Of a stretch of DNA of 64,000 nucleotides, positions 47,931 through 57,681 are shown piece by piece (the stretch's first letter is position 1; every line of letters starts with the position of its first letter). Position numbers and translations under genes: made by a program. The DNA comes from Gemmatimonadaceae bacterium (GTDB lineage: Bacteria > Gemmatimonadota > Gemmatimonadetes > Gemmatimonadales > Gemmatimonadaceae). The DNA lies in the NCBI GenBank assembly GCA_051859245.1, contig JBHYGA010000001.1, positions 704,001 to 768,000 of the forward strand, read 5' to 3'. The notes under the pieces are model-generated. The model did no database searches and had not been told where the DNA came from. It saw only the letters and a list, made by a program, of their open reading frames with translations.

Positions 47931-49549
47931 GCACCGGGCCATCGCGGCGCGCGTTTCTTGGCCAACTCGCCGCTGGCTTGGCGGCTCCACTCGTTGCGAC
48001 GCCGCTGGTGTTGCGGGCCGCGCGTAGCACCTCGCCTGATGCGCCAGCACTCATAGGGCTCACCAACAAGAGCGGGCGCGAGATCGCGGGCGGATTTGTG
48101 AACGACGATGCCGCGATCGGGCATCAGCTACGCGATGGTACGTTTGCGCGCGGTGCGGGCAATCGCGAAGTACGACGAACGCGTGTTGCGATTGTTGGCG
48201 GTGGTATGGCCGGTCTCTCCGCTGGCTGGAGACTCGATCAGCTCGGACTTCGAGAGTGGCTGTGTCTTGAGCTCGGAGATTCGGCGGGCGGTAACTCGCG
48301 CGGCGGCGAAAACTCGGTGTCCCGCTATCCATGGGGCGCACACTACGTGCCTGTGCCGTCGCCCGATGCCGTGCACGTGCGCGCGTTGTTGCGCGAGGTT
48401 GGCGTGCTGCACGCCGACGGCAGCTGGGATGAGCGCACACTGTGTCATTCGCCGCAGGAGCGCATCTTTCAGCATGGTGCGTGGCACGAAGGCCTTGAGC
48501 CGCTTGATGCGGCGCCGGCGTGGGAGCGCGCCGAGTGGGAGCGGTTTGACGCGCAGGTTGCAGCGTGGCGTGCGACGGGTGCGTTTCGTGTACCGCTCGC
48601 TGGCGCGCCAGACAATGTGTCAGGTGCTGCTGCGGCCGCAACGCGCGTACTCGATCGTGTATCCGCCAACGCATGGTTCGCGTCGCAGGGATATCGCTCC
48701 CCCACATTGCGATGGTGGATAGAGTACGGCACTCGCGATGACTACGGTGCCTCGCTGACACAGGCGAGCGCGTGGGCTGCTGCACACTACTTTGCTGGCC
48801 GCCCACCCCACGAGGAAGGGCCACTCACATGGCCCGAAGGCAATGCCTTTCTGGTCAAACATCTCACCCGGCTGGCTGGTGACCGCGTGATCACCAAAGC
48901 GCCCACGTACGCCATCGAGCCGCGCGGTTCACGCTGGTTGGTGCGCACGCCAGTCGCTGACATTGAATGTGACGCGGTGGTCTGGGCCGCACCGCTGTTT
49001 GTGCTGCCGCGTGTGATGCCAGCTGTGAAGCTGCCGGTGAGCCTTGAATACGCCCCGTGGGTGGTGGCCAATATCACGCTCGACCGGCGCCCGCAGGAGC
49101 GTGGCGCCCCGATGTCGTGGGACAACGTGATCTACGGCAGTCCATCGCTTGGGTATGTGTCGGCCACGCACCAGTTCGTTGGGCGTCCGGGACCGCAGTC
49201 CGTGTGGACCTGGTATCACGCGGTCGTCGATCGACCTGCGCTAGCCGCACGAACGTGGATGCAGCAGCGACCGTGGTCGGCGTGGCGCGATGACATTGTG
49301 GGCGAACTCTCGCGCGCGCATCCGGATATTGCCGAGTGCATTACGCGCATTGATGTGCGGTACTGGGGGCACGCCATGGCGCGTCCCACGCTGGGGCTGC
49401 TCACGCGCAACGCAACGCTCGCACGCTGGAGTCCGGCGGCGCGCGTATTTCTGGCACACGCCGATCTCAGTGGCCTGTCACTCTTTGAAGAAGCGCAGTG
49501 GCACGGCGTGCAAGCCGCCGAGCGTGTGGCGCGCGCGCTCGGCGGATGA
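47927..49549 (+). CDS. FAD-dependent amine oxidase-like protein with Tat-like signal
   Basis: SRRAFL; IVGGGMAGLSA; WGAHY; WGHAM; FEEA. Confidence 0.82.
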   Translation: MSTGPSRRAFLGQLAAGLAAPLVATPLVLRAARSTSPDAPALIGLTNKSGREIAGGFVNDDAAIGHQLRDGTFARGAGNREVRRTRVAIVGGGMAGLSAGWRLDQLGLREWLCLELGDSAGGNSRGGENSVSRYPWGAHYVPVPSPDAVHVRALLREVGVLHADGSWDERTLCHSPQERIFQHGAWHEGLEPLDAAPAWERAEWERFDAQVAAWRATGAFRVPLAGAPDNVSGAAAAATRVLDRVSANAWFASQGYRSPTLRWWIEYGTRDDYGASLTQASAWAAAHYFAGRPPHEEGPLTWPEGNAFLVKHLTRLAGDRVITKAPTYAIEPRGSRWLVRTPVADIECDAVVWAAPLFVLPRVMPAVKLPVSLEYAPWVVANITLDRRPQERGAPMSWDNVIYGSPSLGYVSATHQFVGRPGPQSVWTWYHAVVDRPALAARTWMQQRPWSAWRDDIVGELSRAHPDIAECITRIDVRYWGHAMARPTLGLLTRNATLARWSPAARVFLAHADLSGLSLFEEAQWHGVQAAERVARALGG

Positions 49550-49554
49550 TGCCA

Positions 49555-50733
49555 TCAGCTTGAGTAGTACGCCGCGTTCTCGTCGATGTACTCGCGCGTG
49601 AGATCACAACCAAACGCGGTGGCCTGTCCGTCAGCCACACCGAGATCTACTTCCAGCTCTACCAGTTCATGGCTGAGCGCGGCGCGTACGGTGCCATCGT
49701 CAAACGGCAATCGCTGACCACCGCGAACGACGGGAAACCGATTGATCCAGGCGTCCGTGCTCTCCGGTCGGATGGTGCAGTCAAAGCACTTGCCAACGGC
49801 CATGAGCAAGCGCCCCACGTTCGGATCGGCGCCGTGCACCATGGTCTTGACGAGCGGCGAGTTCACGATGCTCTTGGCGACGACACGTGCGTCGTGCGTT
49901 GACGCCGCTCCACGGACCTGCACGCGCAGCAGATGTTTTGCGCCTTCGCCGTCACGCGCCAGAATTTCTGTCATGCGCACACAGCCCTTGAGCAGCGCCG
50001 CACGAAACGCCTGCTCCGATACCGGTCCAGCGTGACCGTTCGCGAGAATCGCACACGTGTCGGATGTGCTGGTGTCGCTGTCAACCGAGAGCATGTTGAA
50101 CGAATCAGCGACCGCATCACGCAACATGGCGTCGAGCGTGGTCGCGTCAAACGCGGCATCGGTAAAGATGTAGACAAGCATCGTGGCCATGTTGGGTTCG
50201 ATCATTCCCGAACCTTTTGCCACCCAGGTGATCGTGGCGTTTTCCACGCTGAGAGAAATCGCCTTGGGGTGAGAGTCGGTGGTCATGATGCCTTCGGCGC
50301 CCACGAGCGGATCATGCTGCAGCTCACGCGCAATGCCGGGAATCCCTGCTTCGATCATTTTGATCGGCAGCGGCACGCCAATTACGCCCGTCGAACTCAC
50401 GAGCACACGTTCGGCGTCTGTCCCAAGTTCTGTGGCTGCCGCTTTGGCCATGCGACGCGCGTGCTCAACACCAATCGCACCCGTCGCCACGTTGCTCACT
50501 TTGCTGTTGGCAATAATGGCGCGGAGTGAACCACCACGAATGGTTTCGCGTCCGAGAATAATCGGCGCGCCAGGAAAGTGATTCCGCGTAAACACCGCGG
50601 CCGCGGCCGCGTCCACGTCGCTCACAAAAATGGTGAGATCTTTCGCGCTCGGCTTGAGTCCGACATTTCGGCTCGCGCAGCGAAAGCCGCGCGGGAAGAC
50701 TGGCGTGGTGTGGAAGTCAGTGTTCTGAGGCAT
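49555..50733 (-). CDS. argJ: bifunctional ornithine acetyltransferase / N-acetylglutamate synthase
   Basis: STGVIG, IMTTD, AKGSGMIEPNMATML, DTSTSDT, DGEGA. Confidence 0.95.
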   Translation of the reverse strand: MPQNTDFHTTPVFPRGFRCASRNVGLKPSAKDLTIFVSDVDAAAAAVFTRNHFPGAPIILGRETIRGGSLRAIIANSKVSNVATGAIGVEHARRMAKAAATELGTDAERVLVSSTGVIGVPLPIKMIEAGIPGIARELQHDPLVGAEGIMTTDSHPKAISLSVENATITWVAKGSGMIEPNMATMLVYIFTDAAFDATTLDAMLRDAVADSFNMLSVDSDTSTSDTCAILANGHAGPVSEQAFRAALLKGCVRMTEILARDGEGAKHLLRVQVRGAASTHDARVVAKSIVNSPLVKTMVHGADPNVGRLLMAVGKCFDCTIRPESTDAWINRFPVVRGGQRLPFDDGTVRAALSHELVELEVDLGVADGQATAFGCDLTREYIDENAAYYSS

Positions 50734-50758
50734 GGGGACTCACGGTGCGCGGAGCAGA

Positions 50759-50789
50759 AAATGCAAACGTCCCGCAGGAGGGCGGGACG
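50759..50789 (-). terminator. probable terminator downstream of the nos cluster
   Basis: CGTCCCGC/GCGGGACG stem followed by a T-rich tail on the minus strand. Confidence 0.45.
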
Positions 50790-50847
50790 CGTGCACGGAA
50801 CATAGCATTTTCAGTCGCGTGAAGCGACTGGCTGTGGGGCCGCACCC

Positions 50848-51303
50848 CTACGGCGCGACCACGTTCACATGCCCAACCATGCCAAGCAACGCGTGGGGGT
50901 CACACTGCACAAAGAGGCGTTTGCCCACAGCGTCGGGCACAACCACCTCATCGGTCTGACCAGGGAGCTGCAGCATCGGTCCAGCGGGCGGCAGACCACG
51001 CACACCGGAGTTGGAGTCGGCCACGAAGTGCACGTTGTGCACGCCGCTCACGAGCACGTACTTGAGCACATCACCGGGCTTGGCCGTCACCTCGGCGGGT
51101 TTGAAGTAGTTGCCGCTGTCATCCATGATCATTTCGACCGTGTGCACGGTGCCGGTTCGTGCGGGCAGGATACCGGCCGACTCCGTCAGCTCGGCGGTGT
51201 CATCGGCATCGTCGCCTTCGTCGGTGTCCGGTTTCGGCGCGTCGCCGCCGCATGCGGCGAGTAGAACCGTTGAGGCAAGTAGAAAGCAGGAGAAAGTACG
51301 CAT
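50848..51303 (-). CDS. type 1 blue copper protein (plastocyanin/pseudoazurin-like), lipoprotein
   Basis: Lipobox LAAC; acidic linker; HNV...CDPH...GM copper ligands. Confidence 0.88.
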   Translation of the reverse strand: MRTFSCFLLASTVLLAACGGDAPKPDTDEGDDADDTAELTESAGILPARTGTVHTVEMIMDDSGNYFKPAEVTAKPGDVLKYVLVSGVHNVHFVADSNSGVRGLPPAGPMLQLPGQTDEVVVPDAVGKRLFVQCDPHALLGMVGHVNVVAP

Positions 51304-51356
51304 TGAAATATTCCGGGCGTTGAAGGTTGGAGCAGTGAAACAAACAAACGGTCAGT

Positions 51357-52145
51357 TCAGAAGTCTTTTCGCATGAAGCTTCGGCCCGCAGCGATCGCCG
51401 GCAACAAAATCCACAGCGCGAGAGTCGCCAGCGTGGCGATTGCGCCGCGATACCCACCGAGCACATTGGCGAGCACCGCGCCCGTGTAGCCCATCAGTGC
51501 GGCGCTGTCGAGTTGCAGCATGAGCACGGTGCGCGCGAGATCCACCGGGTTGGCGAACATGAGCGCGAGCATCGGCTTTTCGAGCGGCCAGTCTGAGTAC
51601 GCGGTCGCGACCCACACCACGAGTCCGTCGTACAGTACCGTGGCCGCGAACCAGATACCGAGCGCGAGACCAAGCGCCTTCAGGCGATCATCCTGAGCGG
51701 CGCCAATCCAGAGCGCGATGGCGGCGAAGCACATGGTGAGGGCAGTGCCTACGAGCAGGTACATGGCCAGCAACGGTGCGATTGCCGGCACAAGCTCGCG
51801 ATGCAGCAGCAACGGAATCGAGATGCCAATTGCGTAGGCGAGCACCAATGGAATGGTGAGGCCAAGATAGAGTCCACACCACAGCGCACGTCGAGGCAGT
51901 GGCTGCGCGAGCAGCAGTTCGGTGAACTCGCGTGACGTGTGCCAGTACACCACGCCGAACACGGTGATTACCAATGGTACCAGGAGCAAGACCACGTTCA
52001 ACAATCCACTGAGCGCGCGCGGTGCGCTTCCGCTGAGCTGATAGAGCGCCTCAGTGAGCACTGCCAGCAATACGGTGTACGACAGCACCCAGCGATTGCG
52101 GGAAAGCTCTGCCACCTGCGCGCGAACCACGGCGAGGATCAGCAT
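51357..52145 (-). CDS. nosY: NosY ABC permease
   Basis: REFTELLLAQP, NPVDLAR, ALMGYTG; nos context. Confidence 0.85.
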   Translation of the reverse strand: MLILAVVRAQVAELSRNRWVLSYTVLLAVLTEALYQLSGSAPRALSGLLNVVLLLVPLVITVFGVVYWHTSREFTELLLAQPLPRRALWCGLYLGLTIPLVLAYAIGISIPLLLHRELVPAIAPLLAMYLLVGTALTMCFAAIALWIGAAQDDRLKALGLALGIWFAATVLYDGLVVWVATAYSDWPLEKPMLALMFANPVDLARTVLMLQLDSAALMGYTGAVLANVLGGYRGAIATLATLALWILLPAIAAGRSFMRKDF

Positions 52146-52864
52146 TGCAGCATCAGTGTGCTGATGGAGCGTTCAAGCGTCAGCCCGCCCGTCGATGCAC
52201 GAAGTGCCTCGAGCGTGCCCTGAAAACGGATGCGTCCGTCGAGCAGAAACACCACATCGTCAGCGAGCTCTTCGAGTTCGCTCAGCACGTGGGACGTCAT
52301 CAGGATGGCGCGCCCGCTGTTGCGTTCGGCCATGATGCGATCCTTGAGCGCAGCGCTCGACACAGGATCAAGACCGGCGGTGGGTTCGTCGAGGATGATC
52401 ACGGATGGTGCAAAGAGCAGGGCCACCGCGGCGTTAACTCGCTGCCGCTGGCCGCCTGAGCACACACCCAGCGCGCGTGTGTAAAAGGCATCAAGTGCAA
52501 ACGCCGATACGAGGTCATCAAGCGGAACGTGACGCGCCTGCGGACGCAGTGACAAGACGAGCTTGAGCACGTCACGCGCGCAAAGGTTTTCGGGGAACCG
52601 CGGTGCCTGCGGCATGTAGCCGATGTGCGCGCGATACGCGTCCGTGCCGGTTACCGGCATGCCGTTGAGCAGCACGTGGCCCGCGTTCGGGCGTACGAGC
52701 CCAAGCAGCGTCTTGTTCAGTGTAGTTTTGCCGGACCCGTTTGGACCGAGCACGGCGGTCACACGTCCGGGCAGCAACGCCACGCTCACGTCGTGCAGTA
52801 CCGCAGTGCGACCAAACTGTTTGTATACGCCGCGTGTCTCCAGCAGCATTCCGGAAGCAGTCAC
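52139..52864 (-). CDS. nosF: NosF ABC ATPase
   Basis: GPNGSGKT, SGGQRQR, LDEPTAGLDP; context. Confidence 0.85.
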   Translation of the reverse strand: MTASGMLLETRGVYKQFGRTAVLHDVSVALLPGRVTAVLGPNGSGKTTLNKTLLGLVRPNAGHVLLNGMPVTGTDAYRAHIGYMPQAPRFPENLCARDVLKLVLSLRPQARHVPLDDLVSAFALDAFYTRALGVCSGGQRQRVNAAVALLFAPSVIILDEPTAGLDPVSSAALKDRIMAERNSGRAILMTSHVLSELEELADDVVFLLDGRIRFQGTLEALRASTGGLTLERSISTLMLQC

Positions 52865-54183
52865 GGGGCACGCTCGTTGGTGTGGCGCAGGACGACGAGG
52901 TTTGCGCTTGGTGCGCGAACAACGGCGCGCATGCGGGGCGCCTGGTCCAGCAGCGTTGCGGGCGTGAGTGTGGGCGCGATGCGTTCCAGCAGGTCGAGGG
53001 CGTCGGCGATCGCGCTGCGCACCAGCAGCAGCGCCGCTGGCGCCCGCTCCACCACCAGCGCAAAGAGCCGGACTGGTGCGTGCGGTACGTCTCCTACCCC
53101 ATCTCGATTGAGATCGTACCCACGATAGCGGTCCCAGTAGTTGCCGCGTACGGTGCTGAAGTGCGACTGACTATTGGTGCTCAGATCAAAGACATTGCGG
53201 AAGAAACTGTTGTCACGGATCTGGTTCTCTTGCGCATCCGCAAGCAATCGCATCGCCCAACCATTGGCTTCAAACCGATTGCCTGCGACCACATTTCTGT
53301 TCGCGCCTTCCAGGTGTACGGCGATCGTATTGTTGAGAAAGTCATTGCCAACAATCTGACTATCGTTGATTTCCTTGAGCAGCAAGCCGTACGACGCACT
53401 GTTGCGCGCGTCACTGAACAGGTTGTCGGCGATACGCACGTGTTTGGCATACATCACGGCGACACCAGATCGATTGCCCACGAAACGATTGGATTCATAG
53501 GCGCAGCTGTCGGAGAACATGAAGTGCAGGCCATACCGAAGGCTCTGCGTAACGTTATTACGACGCGCCGTTGCGAGCCGCGTGAACTCGAAGTAGATGC
53601 CGTCACGATGACCGGTAATGGTATTGCGCTCGACCTGCACGTTACGGCTCGACCAGACGTGTACGCCGTTGCCCGTGGTGCTCTGCGAGCCGGCGAGCCC
53701 CTGCATGGTGTTGTCTCGCACCACACATCCGTCTACGCGCTGCAAGTGCAGCGCGAAGAACGTTGACATGAACTGATTGCGCTCGACTACACAGTCGCTC
53801 GACTCGAAGATGCGTACTGCGGCACGGTCTTCGGTATGACTGGTTCCGGTATTGCGAAACGTGAGACCGCGGAGCTCAACCGAATCGCTGTTGATGATCA
53901 CCAGTCCGTACGTACCCTGGCCATCCAGAACAGCGCCCGGCATGCCCGAAATGCGAACCGGCCGTACGATGATGAGCGTGCTTTCGGCGTATACACCGGG
54001 GTGTACGATCACGCGCCCGTATCGCGACACGCGTAGTAGCGCGTCTGCAATCGTGACCGCCGAGGGCAACGGGGCTCCGGCGCCAACGTGTACCAACGTA
54101 TCACTGGTTTGCGCGGCGAGCGGATTCTGCGACGAGAACAGCAGCGCAGTCGTCAACACAAGCCAGCGTCGGCTGTGGCGCAT
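52861..54183 (-). CDS. nosD: NosD periplasmic maturation protein
   Basis: GNGVHVW, HRDGIYFEF, RYGLHFMFS, GNYWD, DGVGDVP. Confidence 0.92.
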   Translation of the reverse strand: MRHSRRWLVLTTALLFSSQNPLAAQTSDTLVHVGAGAPLPSAVTIADALLRVSRYGRVIVHPGVYAESTLIIVRPVRISGMPGAVLDGQGTYGLVIINSDSVELRGLTFRNTGTSHTEDRAAVRIFESSDCVVERNQFMSTFFALHLQRVDGCVVRDNTMQGLAGSQSTTGNGVHVWSSRNVQVERNTITGHRDGIYFEFTRLATARRNNVTQSLRYGLHFMFSDSCAYESNRFVGNRSGVAVMYAKHVRIADNLFSDARNSASYGLLLKEINDSQIVGNDFLNNTIAVHLEGANRNVVAGNRFEANGWAMRLLADAQENQIRDNSFFRNVFDLSTNSQSHFSTVRGNYWDRYRGYDLNRDGVGDVPHAPVRLFALVVERAPAALLLVRSAIADALDLLERIAPTLTPATLLDQAPRMRAVVRAPSANLVVLRHTNERAP

Positions 54184-54186
54184 GGT

Positions 54187-54705
54187 CTAGCGCCCGTCGG
54201 GGCTCCACGCCGAAGCGGGAGCGTGTGCGTGGGCGTGCGAGATGCGCTGCGATGTCGTATCCGCGGCGAGCCGCTTACGCAGCGCAAGCCAGGTGGTGAC
54301 CTCTCCACCGTAGGAAGCCACGAGTGCTTCGGGGTTCGCACTTGGTCCGAAGGAGACAATGCGTCGACCCATCGGGCTCTCGATGCGGCCGTCCATAAGG
54401 TAAACGGCGTCTTCCGCGGCGATCAGGCCATCGGTGTTCGCAAAGTCTGTCACGTAGCCGCCTGTGGATGGCGTTGCGGCTGGAAGTGAAGCGACGAACG
54501 CAACCAGGCACTCGACGGAGTCAAACGTATGAATCACGCCTTTCGCCGTGATAAACTGTGCGCCAAACCGCACATCACTGATGCTCATCCGGCAGTATGC
54601 ACAGCTGTCCTCGCCAGCCACGAGCGCACGTGGCGCTGGCGACGCGCAAGCGCCGACCGTGGAGAGCGCGAGGAGTAGAATGGACATGCGCGTGGTCTGA
54701 TTCAC
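54187..54705 (-). CDS. nosL: NosL copper chaperone lipoprotein
   Basis: Lipobox VGAC; CAYCRM, FDSVEC, SPMG; GTG start overlaps nosB stop. Confidence 0.88.
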   Translation of the reverse strand: MNQTTRMSILLLALSTVGACASPAPRALVAGEDSCAYCRMSISDVRFGAQFITAKGVIHTFDSVECLVAFVASLPAATPSTGGYVTDFANTDGLIAAEDAVYLMDGRIESPMGRRIVSFGPSANPEALVASYGGEVTTWLALRKRLAADTTSQRISHAHAHAPASAWSPDGR

Positions 54706-55331
54706 GGCAACGCCTCCTGCGAGTGTACCGGGGTTGCTGCCGCCAACGGCCGGGTCCGCGCGTCGTGCAAGAGAATAAGAAACGCAAACCCGAGAGATGC
54801 GAACGCAGCGAAGCCACCAACGTCGGGCCACGAAGTCGCCGTGAAGTTGAGCAGCTGCTTGCTGCCAATGAGCGGCGGCTGATACGACATGCCCGGAATC
54901 TTGATGGGGGCGTTCTCCCAATCGAGATTATGTCCATAGTCGTACTGCCACATCCAGAAGTCGGCGAGGCCGGCGAGTGCACCCACGAAAAACATCAGTG
55001 TCCACAACCGCGCGACACGCCGGTTCCCGAACGCCGCTGCACCGAGACCAGTGAGCAGCAGCGCGCCGAGAGCCCACGGCATGATGCGAAGTTCCGGAAT
55101 CGTGTCCGGCACGATGCGTTTCATGCCGATGTAGTGATTCAGGCCGTTGATGTTGTCGAGGTGATGCGGTTCAACACCTTTCACCGTGTTGATAGTGATC
55201 AACATGCCGAGCCCTTCAGGGTACTGCGGCGCAACCAGCGATATGCGCCAAAGCGGGAACAGAAATGTGCCGATCAGCAGCATCGCTGAGACCGCAAGCC
55301 AGATGCGGTGCGGGGGTCGAAGCATGATCAT
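54702..55331 (-). CDS. nosB: clade II nos membrane protein NosB
   Basis: APQYPEGL, INGLNHYIGM, DYGHNL, YQPPLIGSKQLLNF. Confidence 0.85.
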   Translation of the reverse strand: MIMLRPPHRIWLAVSAMLLIGTFLFPLWRISLVAPQYPEGLGMLITINTVKGVEPHHLDNINGLNHYIGMKRIVPDTIPELRIMPWALGALLLTGLGAAAFGNRRVARLWTLMFFVGALAGLADFWMWQYDYGHNLDWENAPIKIPGMSYQPPLIGSKQLLNFTATSWPDVGGFAAFASLGFAFLILLHDARTRPLAAATPVHSQEALP

Positions 55332-55403
55332 CTCGAAATCGGGGAGTGCCGTTGGCTGGTGCGGACGGCGAATGCGGGATGCATCCGCCGTCAGCCCAAG
55401 CCG

Positions 55404-57545
55404 TTAGCGAGGCTTCGGAACAGCCGGTGCCGTTGCGCGATGCGCCGCGTGTGGATCGCTCGGTTGCACGCGCTGGCTATCCGTCCTGGTGCTCAGCGGT
55501 GACCGCAGCTGATTCAGCGCCATGCGCTCCGCGGCATTGCCTTCGTTCGCCGCCATACGCGCCGCCTGTTGTGCACGGCGCGTTGTCGTTGCGCTCAGCG
55601 CCACTGTGGAGCCGGACGGTCCAACGCGGACATAACCTTGCATTTCCTGGTGCAGCGCTGAGCAGAAGTCAGTGCAGTACATCGGGTACACACCGGCCGT
55701 TTTGGGAATCCACTTCAGCGTGCGCGTTTCGCCGGGCATGACAAGCAACTCGGCGTTGGTCGCGCCCATGATGGCGAAACCGTGCGGCACATCCCAATCC
55801 TGCTCAATGTTTGTGACGTGGAAGAGCACCGTGTCGCCGGCCTGAATGCCTTCGATGTTGTCGGGCGAGAAGCTGGACCGTACCGCGGACATGCGCACGT
55901 GCACGATCTTTCCCTTGCGCTCGACACCACTCTCGCGAGCAGAGCGTGCAACTTTCGAGTGCGTATTCTCTGCCAGCGAATAGAACTTCTTCTGCTTGTC
56001 CTTGATCAGCGCGGCGGGCAAAGCGCTGGCGTAGTGTGGCTCGCCGATCGTGGGGAAGTCGAGCAACAGTTTCATGCGATCACCGCTGATGTCATACAAC
56101 TGCGCCGAGTGCGCGAGTTCCGGACCCGTGGGCAGAAAGCGGTCTTTGGTGATCTTGTTCATGGCCAGCGCGTACTTGCCGAATGGTTTCTTGGTGTCGC
56201 CGCCAGGAATCATGAGATGGCCCACCGAGTAGTACGTGGGAATGCGATCCACGACTTCCCAGGTGCCGAGTTTCCACTTCACCACTTCTGACGAAATGAA
56301 GATGGACGTGTAGGCGTAACCCTTGCCGTCGAACTCTGTGTGCAACGGTCCGAGGCCGGGATCCTGCACTTCGCCGGCGATAGTCGCGGCGTATTTGAGA
56401 ATCGGTGCGCCATACGCGTCGCCGTCAAACGCCTTGTCCTTGATGGCCTGCAGCATGCGCGAGAACGAATGCACAGGAATTACCGTGGCGAGCTTGCCGC
56501 CGGCCACGATGTATTCGCCGGTCGGATCAACATCGGCGCCGTGTGGCGATTTCGGCGTAGGCAGGTAGTACAGCGAGCCTGGGCAGTCTGATGGCTCCAA
56601 CACTTTCACACCGCGCTTGACGGTGGCCTTGCCTTCACGCGAGAACTCGTCCATCACGTTGTGATTGTACGCAGCGTCCATGGTGCGGAACGTGCCGTTG
56701 GCAACACACTGCTCAAGCACTTTCCAGTTCACTGCGGCAACAAAATCCTTGTCGTTCTTGGAGGCGTTGATCTCGAGTTTTTCAAACGCTTCTTCGGTGT
56801 TGTATGACGTAAAGAACACCCAGTCTTCCGACGGGCCTTTGCCGGCGCGCGCCAGATCGTAGTTGAAGCCCGGCACCAGCAGCTGAAATGCAATGTCCAT
56901 CTGGCCGGGCTTGTCGGCACGAATAAAGCTGACCGTGCCCTTGAAGTTCGTTTTGTAGCTCGAGATCGGTACGTCTGCCTGCGGAATCGGTACGCTGAAC
57001 CGCGTGGCTGCGAGTACGTACTCGGAGTTGCCGGTAATGAACGGCGACGCGTGATTGCCGGCCGAGTTCGGAATCTGCAGAATCTCGGTGGTTTCCATGT
57101 GCGTGAGATCAATCCGCGCCACACGAGGCGTGTTGTTGCCGTTCACAAACAACCAGCGGCCGTCTGTTTCGCCGTTGGTCTGCGAAAGCGACGTGTGATG
57201 CAGATCATCCCACGGCACAAAACCAAACGTGGTTTCCAGCATCGGTTTGGTTTCTTCGTTGTATCCGTAGCCATTCTCCGGATGCTGCGAGAACACCGGG
57301 ATGATTTTGAGCGTGCGTCCTGACGGCAGGCCAACCACAGACAACTGTCCGTTGAAGCCACCAGAGAGGAACGCGTAAAACTCGTCGTGACTGCCTGGCG
57401 CCACGTAGACCTGAGAGGCGACGTCGCCGACGGCGCCAATGGTGCCACCAGCGCGAGTGGCGGGGCCACAGCCGTAGGCGTAGAGTGCGACCGCGGCGAG
57501 GCTCGTTGATGCGACAGCCCATCCGGTCGAGCGGGAACGAGTCAT
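55404..57545 (-). CDS. nosZ: Sec-dependent (clade II) nitrous oxide reductase
   Basis: CuZ His motifs DDLHH, GNH, SPHG, GPLH, EPH; CuA motif PHG...CTDFCSALHQEM; lipoprotein-type signal (AYGC) without twin-arginine; start ATG 57545. Confidence 0.97.
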   Translation of the reverse strand: MTRSRSTGWAVASTSLAAVALYAYGCGPATRAGGTIGAVGDVASQVYVAPGSHDEFYAFLSGGFNGQLSVVGLPSGRTLKIIPVFSQHPENGYGYNEETKPMLETTFGFVPWDDLHHTSLSQTNGETDGRWLFVNGNNTPRVARIDLTHMETTEILQIPNSAGNHASPFITGNSEYVLAATRFSVPIPQADVPISSYKTNFKGTVSFIRADKPGQMDIAFQLLVPGFNYDLARAGKGPSEDWVFFTSYNTEEAFEKLEINASKNDKDFVAAVNWKVLEQCVANGTFRTMDAAYNHNVMDEFSREGKATVKRGVKVLEPSDCPGSLYYLPTPKSPHGADVDPTGEYIVAGGKLATVIPVHSFSRMLQAIKDKAFDGDAYGAPILKYAATIAGEVQDPGLGPLHTEFDGKGYAYTSIFISSEVVKWKLGTWEVVDRIPTYYSVGHLMIPGGDTKKPFGKYALAMNKITKDRFLPTGPELAHSAQLYDISGDRMKLLLDFPTIGEPHYASALPAALIKDKQKKFYSLAENTHSKVARSARESGVERKGKIVHVRMSAVRSSFSPDNIEGIQAGDTVLFHVTNIEQDWDVPHGFAIMGATNAELLVMPGETRTLKWIPKTAGVYPMYCTDFCSALHQEMQGYVRVGPSGSTVALSATTTRRAQQAARMAANEGNAAERMALNQLRSPLSTRTDSQRVQPSDPHAAHRATAPAVPKPR

Positions 57546-57681
57546 GGGAGTGTCTCGTGAAACGTGAAGTGTGCCAGCATGATCAGACGGACTGTCGATC
57601 ATCGCTGTGAAAAGAATGTCGTACCTTAGGTACCAGTTTAAAGTCAGCAGAGTCCGTGCATTGCTGTCGGGGAATCCCCTG

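Noticed and set aside
49555..50733. argJ as part of the polyamine operon
   Set aside because: Convergent orientation; ornithine link is plausible but unsupported by the sequence
57546..57681. FNR/DNR box upstream of nosZ
   Set aside because: No TTGAT-N4-ATCAA match found; only a short GTACCT-T-AGGTAC palindrome of unknown meaning
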